Positions 24,201-36,108 of a DNA stretch of 64,000 nt are shown piece by piece. The notes beneath the pieces are model-generated. The model worked only from the letters and a program-made list of their open reading frames with translations. It was not told where the DNA came from and did not search any database. Source of the DNA: Leidyana gryllorum EB-2025a (taxonomy: Eukaryota; Protista; Apicomplexa); assembly GCA_048772705.1 (NCBI GenBank), contig JBLWGC010000133.1, positions 124,001 through 188,000 on the forward strand, written 5' to 3'. The position numbers and the translations under genes were made by a program. Position 1 is the stretch's first letter; each line of letters opens with the position of its first letter.

Positions 24201-26028
24201 CCCGACTCACATGCTGACTTTTGACTCGAGGTTTGAGTTCCGCGACAGTCGCTGTCAGTGCTCTGTTCAAAGCCGAGTGGGGATTAAGCAGTCTTTTTGA
24301 GGCCTCACTTTCGGCGGGGTCCCAAGGCCGTGAGAGCATTGGTGGTGGCGCTCAATTCAGTTTGAATCTCTTGAATCCGCGTTGGGACATCCTGACCAGC
24401 GTCGTCCAGAATAGCGCCTGTGTGTGTATTCGAGATTGCGGGCACAGCAATGCCCCTCACCCACCTCGTTTGAATGCAGTGAGACGCTGTTCGGTGGTCT
24501 CGCATTTGCTTCTCAGCTCGTCTTCTTTCTTCTGGGCCTCTTCTTGGGCTGTGAGTTGAGCGGCGTTTTTGGTGACGAACGAATCTAATTCGGTTCGGGA
24601 AGTGGTCAGCTCTTTGTTGAGCTTTGCGATGTGCTGTTTCCGATCTTTCTGTTCCCGAAAGAAGTGTAATCGACTTTGGTGATCGCGACTCACAATTATC
24701 TTCCGTGTGTCTTCGATCGATACTCGTAGTGTCCCGAGCTCCTTTGAAGGAAGGGGAGGGAGTCCGTGTGAGTGAGAATGCAAAGAAAACTCACCCGTTG
24801 TGACTGAAGCAGCTTTCCTTCGAGACGTTTGACCGTTTCATTGGACTCAGATCCCTGGAGTGTGTGAGCGATCTTTCTGCGGCGATCTTCCCAATCCTCA
24901 ATCTTATGCTTTTGAGTCAGAATGTGACGTTCCAATTTGTCGACGGTGCTTTGACCGTTCTCTGAGAAGAGAGTTTGTCTCTTCCGAGACCCAAAGTGTT
25001 CGTCAGCTCACGCATCATTTGACGTGTGGATTCGAGCTGACGCTCGTAGGTTGCTTTTGTCCTCTCCAGGAAGACTCGTCTCAATGCGACTATTTTGTCG
25101 CCGAGCTGTACATAGGTCACGTAGCATTGTCTATAGTCGACGGGTGTGAGCGACGGAGTGGTCAACGGAGAGTGGCTCACTTGGCAGCTCTCAGATGGTC
25201 CAGTGTGGGCTGCAGAGAGGTACCGATGTCACTGTCAATTCGCGCTAGCTACAAATTTCGAAGAGCCAGAGTACCGACAGCAAACCTTTCGGGTACCACC
25301 TACTTGTTCGTTCTTCTCAGCGAGCGTACGTTCTGACGCTTTGCGCTGTCGATCAAACACGTTGGTACCGACTGCCTCTTGGAAGAGGTCGAGGACGTCC
25401 AGAGGCTTCATGTTGATGACAGCCGTCACTCGACCCTGCATGACCAGAAACTGCGGCTGGTCAACACTGAGGCGAGCCTCGGCAAACAGACGATGAACAT
25501 CCCGGGTTCGGGCCACGCGACCGTTCACAAAGTGTCGATCCTTATTGTTAGTGTCGATCTGGGGAGACAGACAACACTGTCTCAAAAACAAATGCGCCGC
25601 CCTACTTGACGAGTGACGGTTATTGTGTCCTGATCAACATAACTAGGAGGCGACATTGATTTGTCGCTGTTCTCAAACTCGATAGTGACCTGACGACGCC
25701 CGACATTGTCGGTCAGACTCAATTGTCTCAGCTTACAGCCGCGCTGGTAACACCAGCGGCGCCTCGTTTGTAGATCAGTTCGGTGATATCTTTCACACGC
25801 ATCTATAATCACAGTACAGAGAGAGTGTCAGATGATATGTTGTTGATCGTCGTCCAATACCTGCGCCCCAGGTCGAAACCCCATGGCAAAGCAGATGCCA
25901 TCAAATATGTTCGACTTCCCGGTTCCATTAGGTCCCGTGATGGCATTAAATTGGGGGTGCAAATGGTCAATTGTCACACGGTGGCTGTAAGATTTGAACC
26001 CCTCCAGGGTCAAGCGCACAATACGCAT
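21235..26028 (-). CDS. SMC2: Condensin subunit SMC2, many exons
   Basis: Contains LEGFKSY, FNAITGPNGTGKSN (Walker A), FLVMQGRVTAVINMKP, hinge TIQGEKWDGAGNISGGS, LTELSGGQKSLLALSL and PSPFYILDEVDAALD. Confidence 0.93.
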
Positions 26029-26085
26029 GATCTTGACGGCCAGCCCCCTTCCAAATACTATCAAAAATCCGAAAGAACCATCTCA

Positions 26086-27136
26086 CTACTTTCCAGGACC
26101 TGCCCATTCTTCCAAAATATCGGTGTACCATGTATCCAGGAAACCGATACGAGCTGTCACAGAAGCAACAGCGTCAGCCAACTTGACATTGCGGTGCTTT
26201 ATCAGATGCCACCCCCCCAAAATACTCGCATAGTCACAACCACTCTCATCAATTATCTGCCAAAAGTCGATCAACGAATCTATCAGCCCACACTCTCAAC
26301 TAAACTCACCAAGATGTTCCCCCGACCCTTCTTCGGCGGCTTCTTAGCCGCATATTTCATGTACACCGATACGACAAAGTCGTCCGGTGTCGGGTTATCA
26401 TCAAAGGCAGTATTCTCCAGATTGATCCCAGGAGTCTTCACGAACAAGCGCCGTGACGATATATTGATAATCGTGGTACAATACAGTCTACTGATGATGG
26501 CTTTCGCACGGAGGAAGTGCACTCTGTGGATGGCATAAGTTCCAACATGGGTCTTTGTCGGCGGTACCAACTCCACAGGCCCGGGTAAACTATCAGCAGT
26601 GTCCGATTTGTGCATCGTGAACCGAAACCGTTTGTAAAAGTCATTGAAGGTGCCTACAGGAGGGAGATCAATAGTGGTGATGGCCATGACACACACGTGT
26701 GTGACGGAGACGGCACACAATCATTAAGCAGTATCTACAGTTGCACAAGTGCAATATAAGTACCTTCTAGCACATAGACACCCTTGGGGGGCGTCTCACA
26801 GGTTTCCAACTTCTTGACAAACTCTTTAATCTTGTTGTCACCTGCTTTAGCCCCATACAAGAGAATCAGCATATCCCAGGCCCAGCTCAGATCCTCTCCA
26901 GTATCATTGAGTTTAGCCCCCACAATGTGTCTTTTGTTGAATTCGGGCCCATTTCGCAGGTCAAAGATGGCATAGTAGTCTGGCCACACAGCTGCCTGTT
27001 GGACGAGACAATAGAATCGGGAAGCAGAAACTGTTTGAAGTTCAAAGGGATCGGTTTTGGGGGTGATGGGGCCAGCAGGGGGAGGTGGATAGCCAGTGGG
27101 TTTCTCTAATGGTTCCTTAGATATCTTCTGCCCCAT
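26086..27136 (-). CDS. N-myristoylated rhodanese + dual-specificity-phosphatase-like protein (MKP-like, probably inactive)
   Basis: Begins MGQKIS. Rhodanese motifs are IFDLR...FNKRHIVGA and VYVLEGTFNDF. DSP-like motifs are PGPVELVP, TTIINIS and NILIIDESGCDYAS...VKLADAVASV. Introns 26654-26763 and 26257-26309. Confidence 0.65.
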
Positions 27137-27194
27137 GTTGAGAGTGTCCAGAGCACAAGCTCATGCACATGCACTACACGTCTCTAGCCGCTGT

Positions 27195-27561
27195 CTATCC
27201 TCCGCGCAATTGCAGCACCATATGGAGCGAGTCTCCAGCCTTACATCCGACATGACTTAACACTACATCGTCAGCGAGCTGTTTTCCAGAGTAGATGAGC
27301 TTGATTTGCTCCATGGCAATACCTTCCTTTTCCTGCAAGAGCAAGCGCGAAGAGTTAAGCAGGGGCGGGAGAGTGAATATGGGGGAGACGGTATGGGAGA
27401 GGGGAGTGTGTGTGTTCCTCCATTTGGGGGAGTGGCGTCACAAAGGCTGGTGGTGTGGGGGTCATTACCTGAAGTGTCCATTTGACAAACTTCACGTCGG
27501 CTGTGGAGTCAACATCCAACTCTGTGCGCTTGCCAGCGAGGGTCTGAATGTAAATAATCAT
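27195..27561 (-). CDS. NEDD8: Ubiquitin-like modifier NEDD8/Rub1 (76 aa)
   Basis: Spliced product is MIIYIQTLAGKRTELDVDSTADVKFVKWTLQ|EKEGIAMEQIKLIYSGKQLADDVVLSHVGCKAGDSLHMVLQLRGG*. Intron 27333-27468. Confidence 0.85.
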
Positions 27562-27575
27562 ACTGCACCCAAACG

Positions 27576-27965
27576 ATGTGGCCACCACGTGCACGGAGTC
27601 AGACCCTTATTCCTTTCGTCACTGAGCTGAGGCAAGGACCTATATTAGTTGTTTTGTTGTCTCCACACGATTTGACCGCCAATCGCTATACTCGATGGAA
27701 GCACCCAGCTACTGACTTTGACTCTTTCTGCTCTCTCATTAGCACTCGATGGAACAAATCACCTCAGCTGAAAGGACCGCCCCCAGACATACCCTTAGAC
27801 AAACAGCATAAACAATATGTCAGGCGCAGGCGACTCTCATTAAGTCTCATCGTCCTCGGTTCTATCATATCTCTAGCTGCACTCTCCTCCTTCTACGCTG
27901 CCGCTCCCACCTTAGCTCTCATTGCCCTCTGTTCCTACCTGATTCAGTACACTGTGTCCCATTGA
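27576..27965 (+). CDS. Hypothetical small membrane protein; structure uncertain (possible further exon ending ~28122)
   Basis: 129-aa ATG ORF with C-terminal hydrophobic helices after RRRR. Confidence 0.35.
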   Translation: MWPPRARSQTLIPFVTELRQGPILVVLLSPHDLTANRYTRWKHPATDFDSFCSLISTRWNKSPQLKGPPPDIPLDKQHKQYVRRRRLSLSLIVLGSIISLAALSSFYAAAPTLALIALCSYLIQYTVSH

Positions 27966-28209
27966 TGAGACCGAGTGTGTCTACACCCTGTGTGATGGTA
28001 TGTGCGCGCGTGTGTGTGTGTGTGTGTCAAACTGTGTGGCTCGCTGCCCGACCCGAGCTGTTCAGCTCACTGTTGACGTTCTCCTCATTGGAGTACTCCT
28101 ATGTCTGACCTCCACTATCTAACTATCTGTATATCAAAGTCTCATCTGTCATTTCGGATAGCAAACATAGCGTTCGCCAAAGGTCGGTCGCAGCGGTGGT
28201 GTAAATGAA

Positions 28210-30961
28210 TTATCGTGCGCACCGTCGGATCCCGACTGGCGGACTTGGAGGAGTGAGATGGGTGGAGAGGACCCTATTGCCGTTTGGGCCGGCGCCTGCT
28301 GCACTCCGATACTCGCTGCCGTAAAGACTGCGATCCTCCGAGAAGAGGTCATCCTCGTCCTCCTCAGTTCCATCGTGGCGTCTATCTCCGGGGCGCGGAT
28401 GGTGAGTCAAGTATATACGTTCATATTGCTCGAACAACAACCCATACTGATTATGTGCTGCCTGCAGAGACCTGCATGGGATTAGAGCTTCTTCGTCAGA
28501 CAAAACCTACTTTTGCAGGCGATCTATTGTCACCTCTCGTACAGCCAAATGCTGTTCCAACAACCGCCGCTTAGCCTCCGCTTCGGCATACCTGTCGGCC
28601 AACTCTTGAACTTGGGCATACAACAATGTCAACGCCTGGAAGTGGTCGCTTTGGCCGCCGAGGACCCCGTCACTGCAGAGTTATACAAACCGTCCACATC
28701 GGAAAGCGGTACGCTCACCTGATCTCGGAGGCCGAAAAACAGCTCTCCATTCGCGGTACGGACGTTATTGTCGCCCCTCCACGATTCGTTGGCGACCGCA
28801 CTTCGCGTTCTGAGCTGCCCACCCTAGACAAGGAATACCGTTGGGCCAACCACTTTTGGTAATGGAATGACTCGGGTGAACACGACTCTCCGCAGCAACA
28901 CTCCGCCGCCGTCCGCTTCTCGGGTGCGTCTACAAACTCTTCTTTGGCTTCCGCCTCGCAGACCTGTCGATGCCGGACAACCGGAGTCCCTTCGCTGGCC
29001 TCGGACCGGGCAACTGAGGGCACCGGCCGTGGCACCGATATCATTTCAAGATCCGGAAGCGACAGTTTAGACCGCGCTTGTGACACGTCCGCGGGCAACT
29101 TCAGACCGGCATTCTGCACAACATCGTCATCGATCAGACGCGAGACAGGAATGGCACACGAGACATGAGAGTGGCACACGAGACATGAGAATGGCACACG
29201 AGACATGAAAATGGCACACGAGACATGAAAATGGCACACGAGACACGAGATATGTTGCTTAGACGATGTATCAGTACCTGTATGAGGACCTCCAACGAGG
29301 AAGCATAAGTCTGAGAAACTCATTGTATGCCCAGAGACGCTCGTTGTCAGGCTTACCGCAATTTCAGCAAGTTCTCGAGATTTTGCCTCCAGGAGTAGTG
29401 CGAGTGTTTCTCTCGAGATCGTTTCGTTCTTGGAGACCACATTGGTCACTTTCTGACTTCGTTGTCCGAACCGCAGTGTATTGCAGGTTTCTCCTTCGCA
29501 ACTTGGATCGGTTGATATACAAACGATCATACAAGTGTGTCCATTGCCACCGAGTGAGTCCTGTAAAGCCCTTGTCAAGAGAGCGTTCCGATATGGAACG
29601 TGGGCGGCCTTCCTTTCCGTGGCCAAAACGTCAATCACCAGGCCTGAGGATCAAAGGCGCGATGGATTTCCCACTCAATCAAAGCCACCCCCTCCTCACC
29701 GAGAGTCGTCAAGCTCAAGTTGATCGTTTTGCTCTCTTCCATTGTCGCTTGATCAGCCTTAGTCCTTGCGAGGCGTTCACTGCCAGCCAAATCCACCAGA
29801 TTCAACTTGCTCGTCTGCGTGGACGGCATCAGCAGTGGGTCAGAGCTCTGATAATGACTCACTGTTGTCACCCCATTTGTGAGCTGGTGTCGGACCAAAT
29901 GGAGTCCTACGATTAAATGACTGCGTGAACTATGCAGATTGAGCGTAGTCGCCGCAGTCGCTCTCTGACGTCTTCCAGAGTCGTAGAGTCGAAAAAACTG
30001 CTCTTCATCTTCGATGAGTCTGCCAGAGCGAATGAGTGTGTGTCTCACACACCACCTTCACCCCCCCCACACACACACGGGCACTTACGCTTGTTGCAAA
30101 CCTTCTATTGAGATCTCTTGATTGGGAGTCTCTCTAATTTTGATATCATTGGAGTATTGACCATTTCCTAAGAGATCTCTGATTTTCTCGCAATAGATCT
30201 CGAACATTATAAACTGAGGTGAGAAGATGCCGGAAAGAGAGAGGGAGAGAGAAAGTGTTACCCTTAATTCGTAATGATTCTCGTTGTCAGCGTGGCCTCT
30301 GATGTGTCTTAGAACTTCGTCAACTACTCGAGGAACAATTCCTTGACGATCAGGATCTGTGCGACGGTGGATTGAAAGGCCGATAGTGGCAAGCGCCCAC
30401 TGACCATTGACAATTCCTTCCAGCGTGTAGGTCTTTCCGGTGCCGGACTGTCCGTAAGCCAGAATGGTGCCGTTGTACCCCTCCAAAAAGGCTTCGGTAG
30501 TGTCAGCGGCAGCCCGTCTATATACCTGAGGGGTGGGAGATTAGAGGAGAGGGTTTGATTTCGCAGGGGAAAGAAGGGAGGAGGAATGTTGAACTTGCCT
30601 CTTCCTGGCTGACTTCGGGCTCGAAGACGTGATCAAACTTGAATACTTGATCCAGACGCTGTTGTTGCGATACAACTTTGATGGAGGTGGGATCCCTCGG
30701 GTTGATGGTCAGGAAACCCCCTTTCTGGTAGTCTCTCATCCGGACACTGACTGCGATTCTCTGCACGCGGTCGGACTTGCGATCATTGGCGTTCGTTGTA
30801 CCATCCGCGGTGTCACGTGACAGGGCATCCGTTATTCGGGTTGCCGACGTAACACTAGAGATGACCCTCTGCTTATTGGCAGCGAACGTTCGATTCAGTG
30901 CCCGCGAAGGAGGGAGGGTAACAGCAACAGCATCAGTTGGAGACGAGTCCTCAAACATCAT
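28210..30961 (-). CDS. Kinesin motor protein (N-terminal motor, kinesin-1-like), many exons
   Basis: Contains IAVSVRMR, FKFDHVF, EGYNGTILAYGQSGTGKTYT, NLHSSRSH, KLNLVDLAGSER and HVPYRNALLTRALQDSLGGN. Confidence 0.92.
29141..29250. repeat. 20-bp minisatellite (~5.5 units of CGAGACATGA[A/G][A/G]TGGCACA-type) inside a kinesin intron
   Basis: Tandem units read directly from the sequence. The array lies within intron 29114-29277. Confidence 0.9.
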
Positions 30962-30997
30962 TGACAACACCAAGACAGAAATTCAATAATATTACAA

Positions 30998-31975
30998 CTA
31001 CTTGTTGGCTCTGGCCGTAAAAGGGGCTGGGGGGTCTAATACCCCAATCGGATTTATACGAGCCCAAGTGCGGAAAGACAGGTCGTGCACCCATTCGTTC
31101 TGGTTCTCGGGGTACTTTGTCAACGCCCGAATCGGCGGGTTACTCGGACTGATCCATACGCGACCCAAACTTTGGTCTCCGCCTGCAAGTTGAAGTACGA
31201 ATGAGACAAGATTCTCTCTGGGGCTGCACAAACACTTACCAATGAAACCAGAGTTGAGCGGGTTGGAGTGGAAGGAGAACTCATCGCCGATTGGAGTGGT
31301 GTAGTCGACGTCATAGAATCTCCCCTCGGGGGTGGCGGCGCCCTCTGAAGTCTCGAACTGAAGCTTTTCTGGCAGCCTCTTGCTGCGCAGAAGTGATGAT
31401 TGCCATTGTTTGAAGATCTCTTCGTTGGTCAATGACTCATCTACGCCATCGACTTGAAAAAGGAGTACGCGTTCCCGCGGTTTTATCTGCGGAGGAACAA
31501 AAAATGGTTCCACTTCCACTGATTAAGACTCACTTCGACGCCTTCTAAAGGATTTACGGTCTTTCCGGGGGATCCTTTGACCATATAGAACCCGTTGTAA
31601 TTGATCAAGTCAGACACGTAGAGATCTGGACGGTCATATGACTGATAATCGTCAGCTGTCAGCCGGGCTCTCCGGCGTCTGCCCAAGCGCCGTTTTGGAA
31701 ATCTCGAGTTCAATGGGAAGTAGGTACTGTCCCATTTGACATGTTTCTGCACAGTTAGGCAGGATGCACAACAACAGTCGCGCACTCACCCTTTTGAAAG
31801 CCGCCACATCCTCCCACTCGCAATCGTCCACCCGCTTGGCGGTCTCCTCCATTTGGTCATCATCTTCGCTGTCAGAGGAGGAGGATCGGTTCCCTTGTTC
31901 ACTTTTGACTTGAGGAGTGGGCGGGGGTGGCCCACTTGAAGAGCTGTCAGAGTCTGCTGAAGAGGAAGTAACCAT
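30998..31975 (-). CDS. Hypothetical protein, spliced, Ser/acidic N-terminus
   Basis: Three overlapping ORF fragments can be joined by GT-AG introns (e.g. EGVE|IKPRERV). No family recognised. Confidence 0.55.
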
Positions 31976-32006
31976 TTTGGGGCCAAAAAAACCACTCTCA
32001 CACAGT

Positions 32007-33315
32007 ATGGATGGTAAGCCACAATGGTCACAACTCACTGAACGTTTGGTGCAGACGCTCAACTCTTCGACGAGGACGATGTATTCCCGGATGAGCAGCC
32101 CCTGGTGACGGGCGAAGACGAGCTGGCAGACGAGGACGACGACGCACGTTTGCCACACAACTCTCGGCGTGAGTGGTTCTGAGATTTCTTTCCGTATCGA
32201 TTGCAGTGTCTGAGGACGAAGATGACGACGGTTTGGCGCCCAAGAAGATTCGGATGGCCACCAACCCCCCCTCCCAGTCGCTGATGGGAGGTACTTCAGA
32301 TATGCACTCGGCCCGGCCCAGTAGTAAACGAGCGCGAACAACAAACGGTGGTGAGACGCCGAAGAGTGCTAAGCGGCGCAAAGGCGAAAGCAAAGTGAGT
32401 GGGAACCCGATCCACGTCGAATATGTGTACCTTTCTCTCTTCAGAAGCGTAAAGGTGAAGGGGATGCTCGGCCGGCGACAGAGTTCGAACAAGCAATGGA
32501 GAGAGTAAAAGCTCAACGACGAAAGAAACAAGTTACACAAGAAGAAGCCGCTGAACGGGTCCAATCAATGCTCCAGAAAATGAGAGATATGGCCGATCAA
32601 GATGACGCGCGTTTGGCCGCTGGTAAACCCGCTATCGGCAAGTTGTCCATCGTTGACAGTGTTGCGGCCGAAATTGCCAAACCTGTCTGGACACAATGGT
32701 ACCTTCAGGAAGGTTTGGTCCCTGTAATAGAAAGATGGCTCGGCCCCCTTCCAGACGGTGGTCTGCCCAATCTGACTCTCAGATCTAAAATACTCACGCT
32801 GCTATCCAGACTACACGTAAGACGATCCTCGCAGCAACTTGAGTCACCAAATCTTCACAGATGTCACCAGACTATCTGTCGGGCTCTTTGTTAGGCGAGC
32901 GATTACTGGAGATCTGGAAACATCCCGAGGAAACAGAGGACAACCGGCAGTTAATTCGGAAAATCTGCACTCATTTGGTCAAGCCCATCCTGCAGCCCCG
33001 ATCCTACAACGCCGCAAGTCACTACGAAGCCATGGGAGTTGCAGCAACACCCGTTCCTGCCTCAGCAAGTAAGTTCGCACACACGTGTGTGGCACTCAAA
33101 AGCGTCTTCCAGGTCAACAAGCGGCTGTGGTACGCAGTGACTTTCGAGCAGCTATCCCGCGAGTGCAGGCGCGCACTTTTAGGGTGGCGCCGCGGTCGCA
33201 TGTTACCAGTGATGCAGGTTTAGGGGGCGGTGGGGAGGGTGAGCGTTTTTCGCGTGCTGTGGATAACCAACGGAGTCGGGGACCGGCGGGTCGTAAACGG
33301 GGCGTCCGTGCCTAG
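32007..33315 (+). CDS. IWS1: Transcription elongation factor IWS1/Spn1 (TFIIS N-terminal domain)
   Basis: Acidic N-terminus, then MRDMADQD...GKPAIGKL, WLGPLPDGGLPNLTLR, SLLGERL...HPEETEDN and RAAIP. 3' end tentative. Confidence 0.85.
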
Positions 33316-33388
33316 TAGTGACAAAGATAAGGTGTGCGCGAACAAGCGCAGATTTTTAGGTTATCGGCTGAAGAACACACACACGTAT

Positions 33389-36108
33389 ATGGGCGGGGAC
33401 GCGCAGGAGCCACGGAACCGCGGTGTGTGGGGCGGAGAGGGTATCAGTGAGGATGGTAGTCCTCATGTGGTCGGCAGCTCGCCCTGGTTGATGGCTGATG
33501 AAGGGGGGGCGGCGAGTCCTGCCGAGGGGAGTGGTGCTGTCAGTCCGACTACCGCTGCCATGGTGGCTGCCGCTGGCCCAATGGCGTTGTCGATGCGGAA
33601 GAGGGTCGTTTGGTATTTTCAACGGGCTCGTTTCTACTTGCGTGACGCAGAGCGGCAGTTGGGATGGGCGGCAAAGTGTGGAGGCACCAATTTCTCTGTA
33701 TGGGAGATTATTGCTGCCGTGATAATATGGGCGATTCTGTTAATAGTGGTGGTACAGTTCGCGTTGGAATCGGCCAAGGCGCGTCCTTTAATGGTGGGCA
33801 CTCGACTGACGAAGGGTTTGAGCGAGGCGAGTGGGAGTGACAAGGAGTTCGCCGATCAAATGGCACAAGCGTTCGGTGAATGGAAAGATCTGCAAGAGAA
33901 GTACCCGGCCAAGTTTCAGAACTTCAGCCAATACCTCATGGAAGAGAAGATGAAAGAGACGCGCCTCCGACGTAAATTGAATAGGTTGAGCAAAAAGAGC
34001 CTCAATATGGTTTCAAGTATCGTTGTTCCCCCCGCTCAACCACCACCTCCTTACAGCAAAGAGGAGGACTACGAGCTGAAATGGACCTACCTGGCTGATG
34101 AGAAGGCCTGGCCATACGTGGGCTCAGAGAGATATCTTGATAGATTCAAGTCTGATTCACGACACTATTACAACTCACTCGCCGTATTCCCCCACTCCAA
34201 CCGTACACGCCTCCATGGACTCGTTGGTATCTGGCCCAATGGCACCCGCGCATGGCAACCCGACCCAATGCCACCTCCCATCGAAGAATATCCTGGTGGC
34301 AAAGCCGAGGCCCTCAAGAATGGAGGTTTCTACTTTAATCTTAGCAACGCTCTTCCACTCGATCGAGACGGACCAGACGGACGCGAACCCTTCTGCAAGG
34401 ACGAATATTATGATCTCGCCGAGTACGAAGACGTATCTGTTATCATTACCTTCTATAATGAACCCCCCTCAACCCTCCTTCGTTCCGTGCATTCAGTACT
34501 GAATCGCACTCCCCCACCCCTTCTGAGAGAAATCATTCTTGTTGATGACCACTCCAACAACACCGAAAATATGCCTGGTGGTTACATATATGAATACATC
34601 AAACTCTTGCCCAAAGTCAAATTGGTACGGCCTTTCCATCGAAATCATCCATCTTCCCACCATCGTGCCTGTGTAGATGCGTCAGCCCGAAAGACGTGGA
34701 TTAGTGCAAGCGCGATTAGCTGGAGCTAAATTAGCAAAGGCTCCCATCATCGTGGTACTCGACTCGCATATTGAAGTCAACATCCATTGGCTCGAACCTC
34801 AACTCAAACGGCTTAAAGAAAGCCCCAAGAGTGTCGTATTCCCCCAGATCATGTCGATTGACTCTGAAAACCTCAATCAGCGTCAAGACGCTGGTATAGG
34901 GTAAGTCACTGCCACCACACAACACACGTGTGTGCGTCCGACCGGCCCAACTCATATCACCAATCACAATCCAGATGCTTCTTGAGCTTCAAATGGGTCA
35001 TGCAAGAACGTCCCTACTTTACCAAGGTTGATAGTGTTGATCCTGTGCCGTCACCATCAATGGCCGGAGGTCTATTCGCGGTACGACGTGACTGGTTCTT
35101 TGAGTCTGGGGGCTATGATGACGAGTTCCAAATGTGGGGTGCGGAGAATGTGGAGATGGCTTTCCGTATTTGGATGTGCGGTGGCCGGGTTGAATGCACA
35201 CCATGTGCCAGAACCTACCACATTTATCGGCATGGGGGTAGCGGCTATAAGAGTCCTGGTGAATACATTCGACGGAACAGATTGAGGACAGCCAGAGTGT
35301 GGCTAGACGACTATTGGCAGCTGAGTAAAGAGTTCGTTGGCGAGCACGACGTCGACATGGGACCGTTCGATAAGGTGAGCGAGTGGCATTGGCTAACGAT
35401 CACCAGTTTCCCTAGATGTTGGATCTCAAGGAACGTCTACAATGCAAGAATTTCCGATGGTTCCTCGAAAATGTAGATCCGAAACGGGAAGGTACCGATA
35501 TGGAGCAATTCGGGATCTTGGGCGAAATTCAAAACCTCGGAGACCCCCAGCAGAAACTCTGTATTGATGAAATGAGCAGGAAGGAGGGAGGTGAACCATA
35601 CGAGTTGTACCGCTGTCACGGCCAACGGGGAGCCCAAGGGTGGTTCGAGACTCGGTGAGTGGTTCTGAGACTCTTGAGTATGAGATCCTCTCGATATGTA
35701 GGGATGTGAAGAGAATTCGGAATATGTCGCACGAGGGTCTGTGTATGGGTCATCACTTCAAGATGACTCATTGCGATCAGCGCAACAACGACGATCGATG
35801 GGTTAGTATTCCGGAGCACCAGTGGTTGGCGTGGCAGAAGCCTGGCACGCCGGACGACAACGTGGACTACCTGAATTCTGCGGCGTGGGAGTGTTTGGGA
35901 GTTGACTACTCTAGCCGACCGGTAAGGGGGCAGATCTAAGCACTATGGTTGTTGTTGTTAGGCCAAGTTGACGTGGTACGCTTGTGACTACGACTCTAAA
36001 CACATCAAGTGGGGTTACAAGCACTTCCAAGTCGATCCCAGCTTCGAAGGGCCTACCCGACGTCCCACAGAGAAATTGCCGGGGCTGTTGGGTAACCCCA
36101 AGAATTAG
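33389..36108 (+). CDS. Polypeptide N-acetylgalactosaminyltransferase (GT27) with ricin-B lectin domain
   Basis: Type II TM helix, then SVIITFYNEP, LLRSVHSVLNRTP, EIILVDDHS, RGLVQARLAGA, LDSHIE (DxH), SPSMAGGLFA, WGAENVEMAFRIWMCGG and CHGQRGAQGW. Start may instead be the Met near 33491. Confidence 0.93.

Noticed and set aside
29141-29250. Possible CRISPR-like array
   Set aside because: The repeats are contiguous with no unique spacers, they are intronic, and no cas genes are present.
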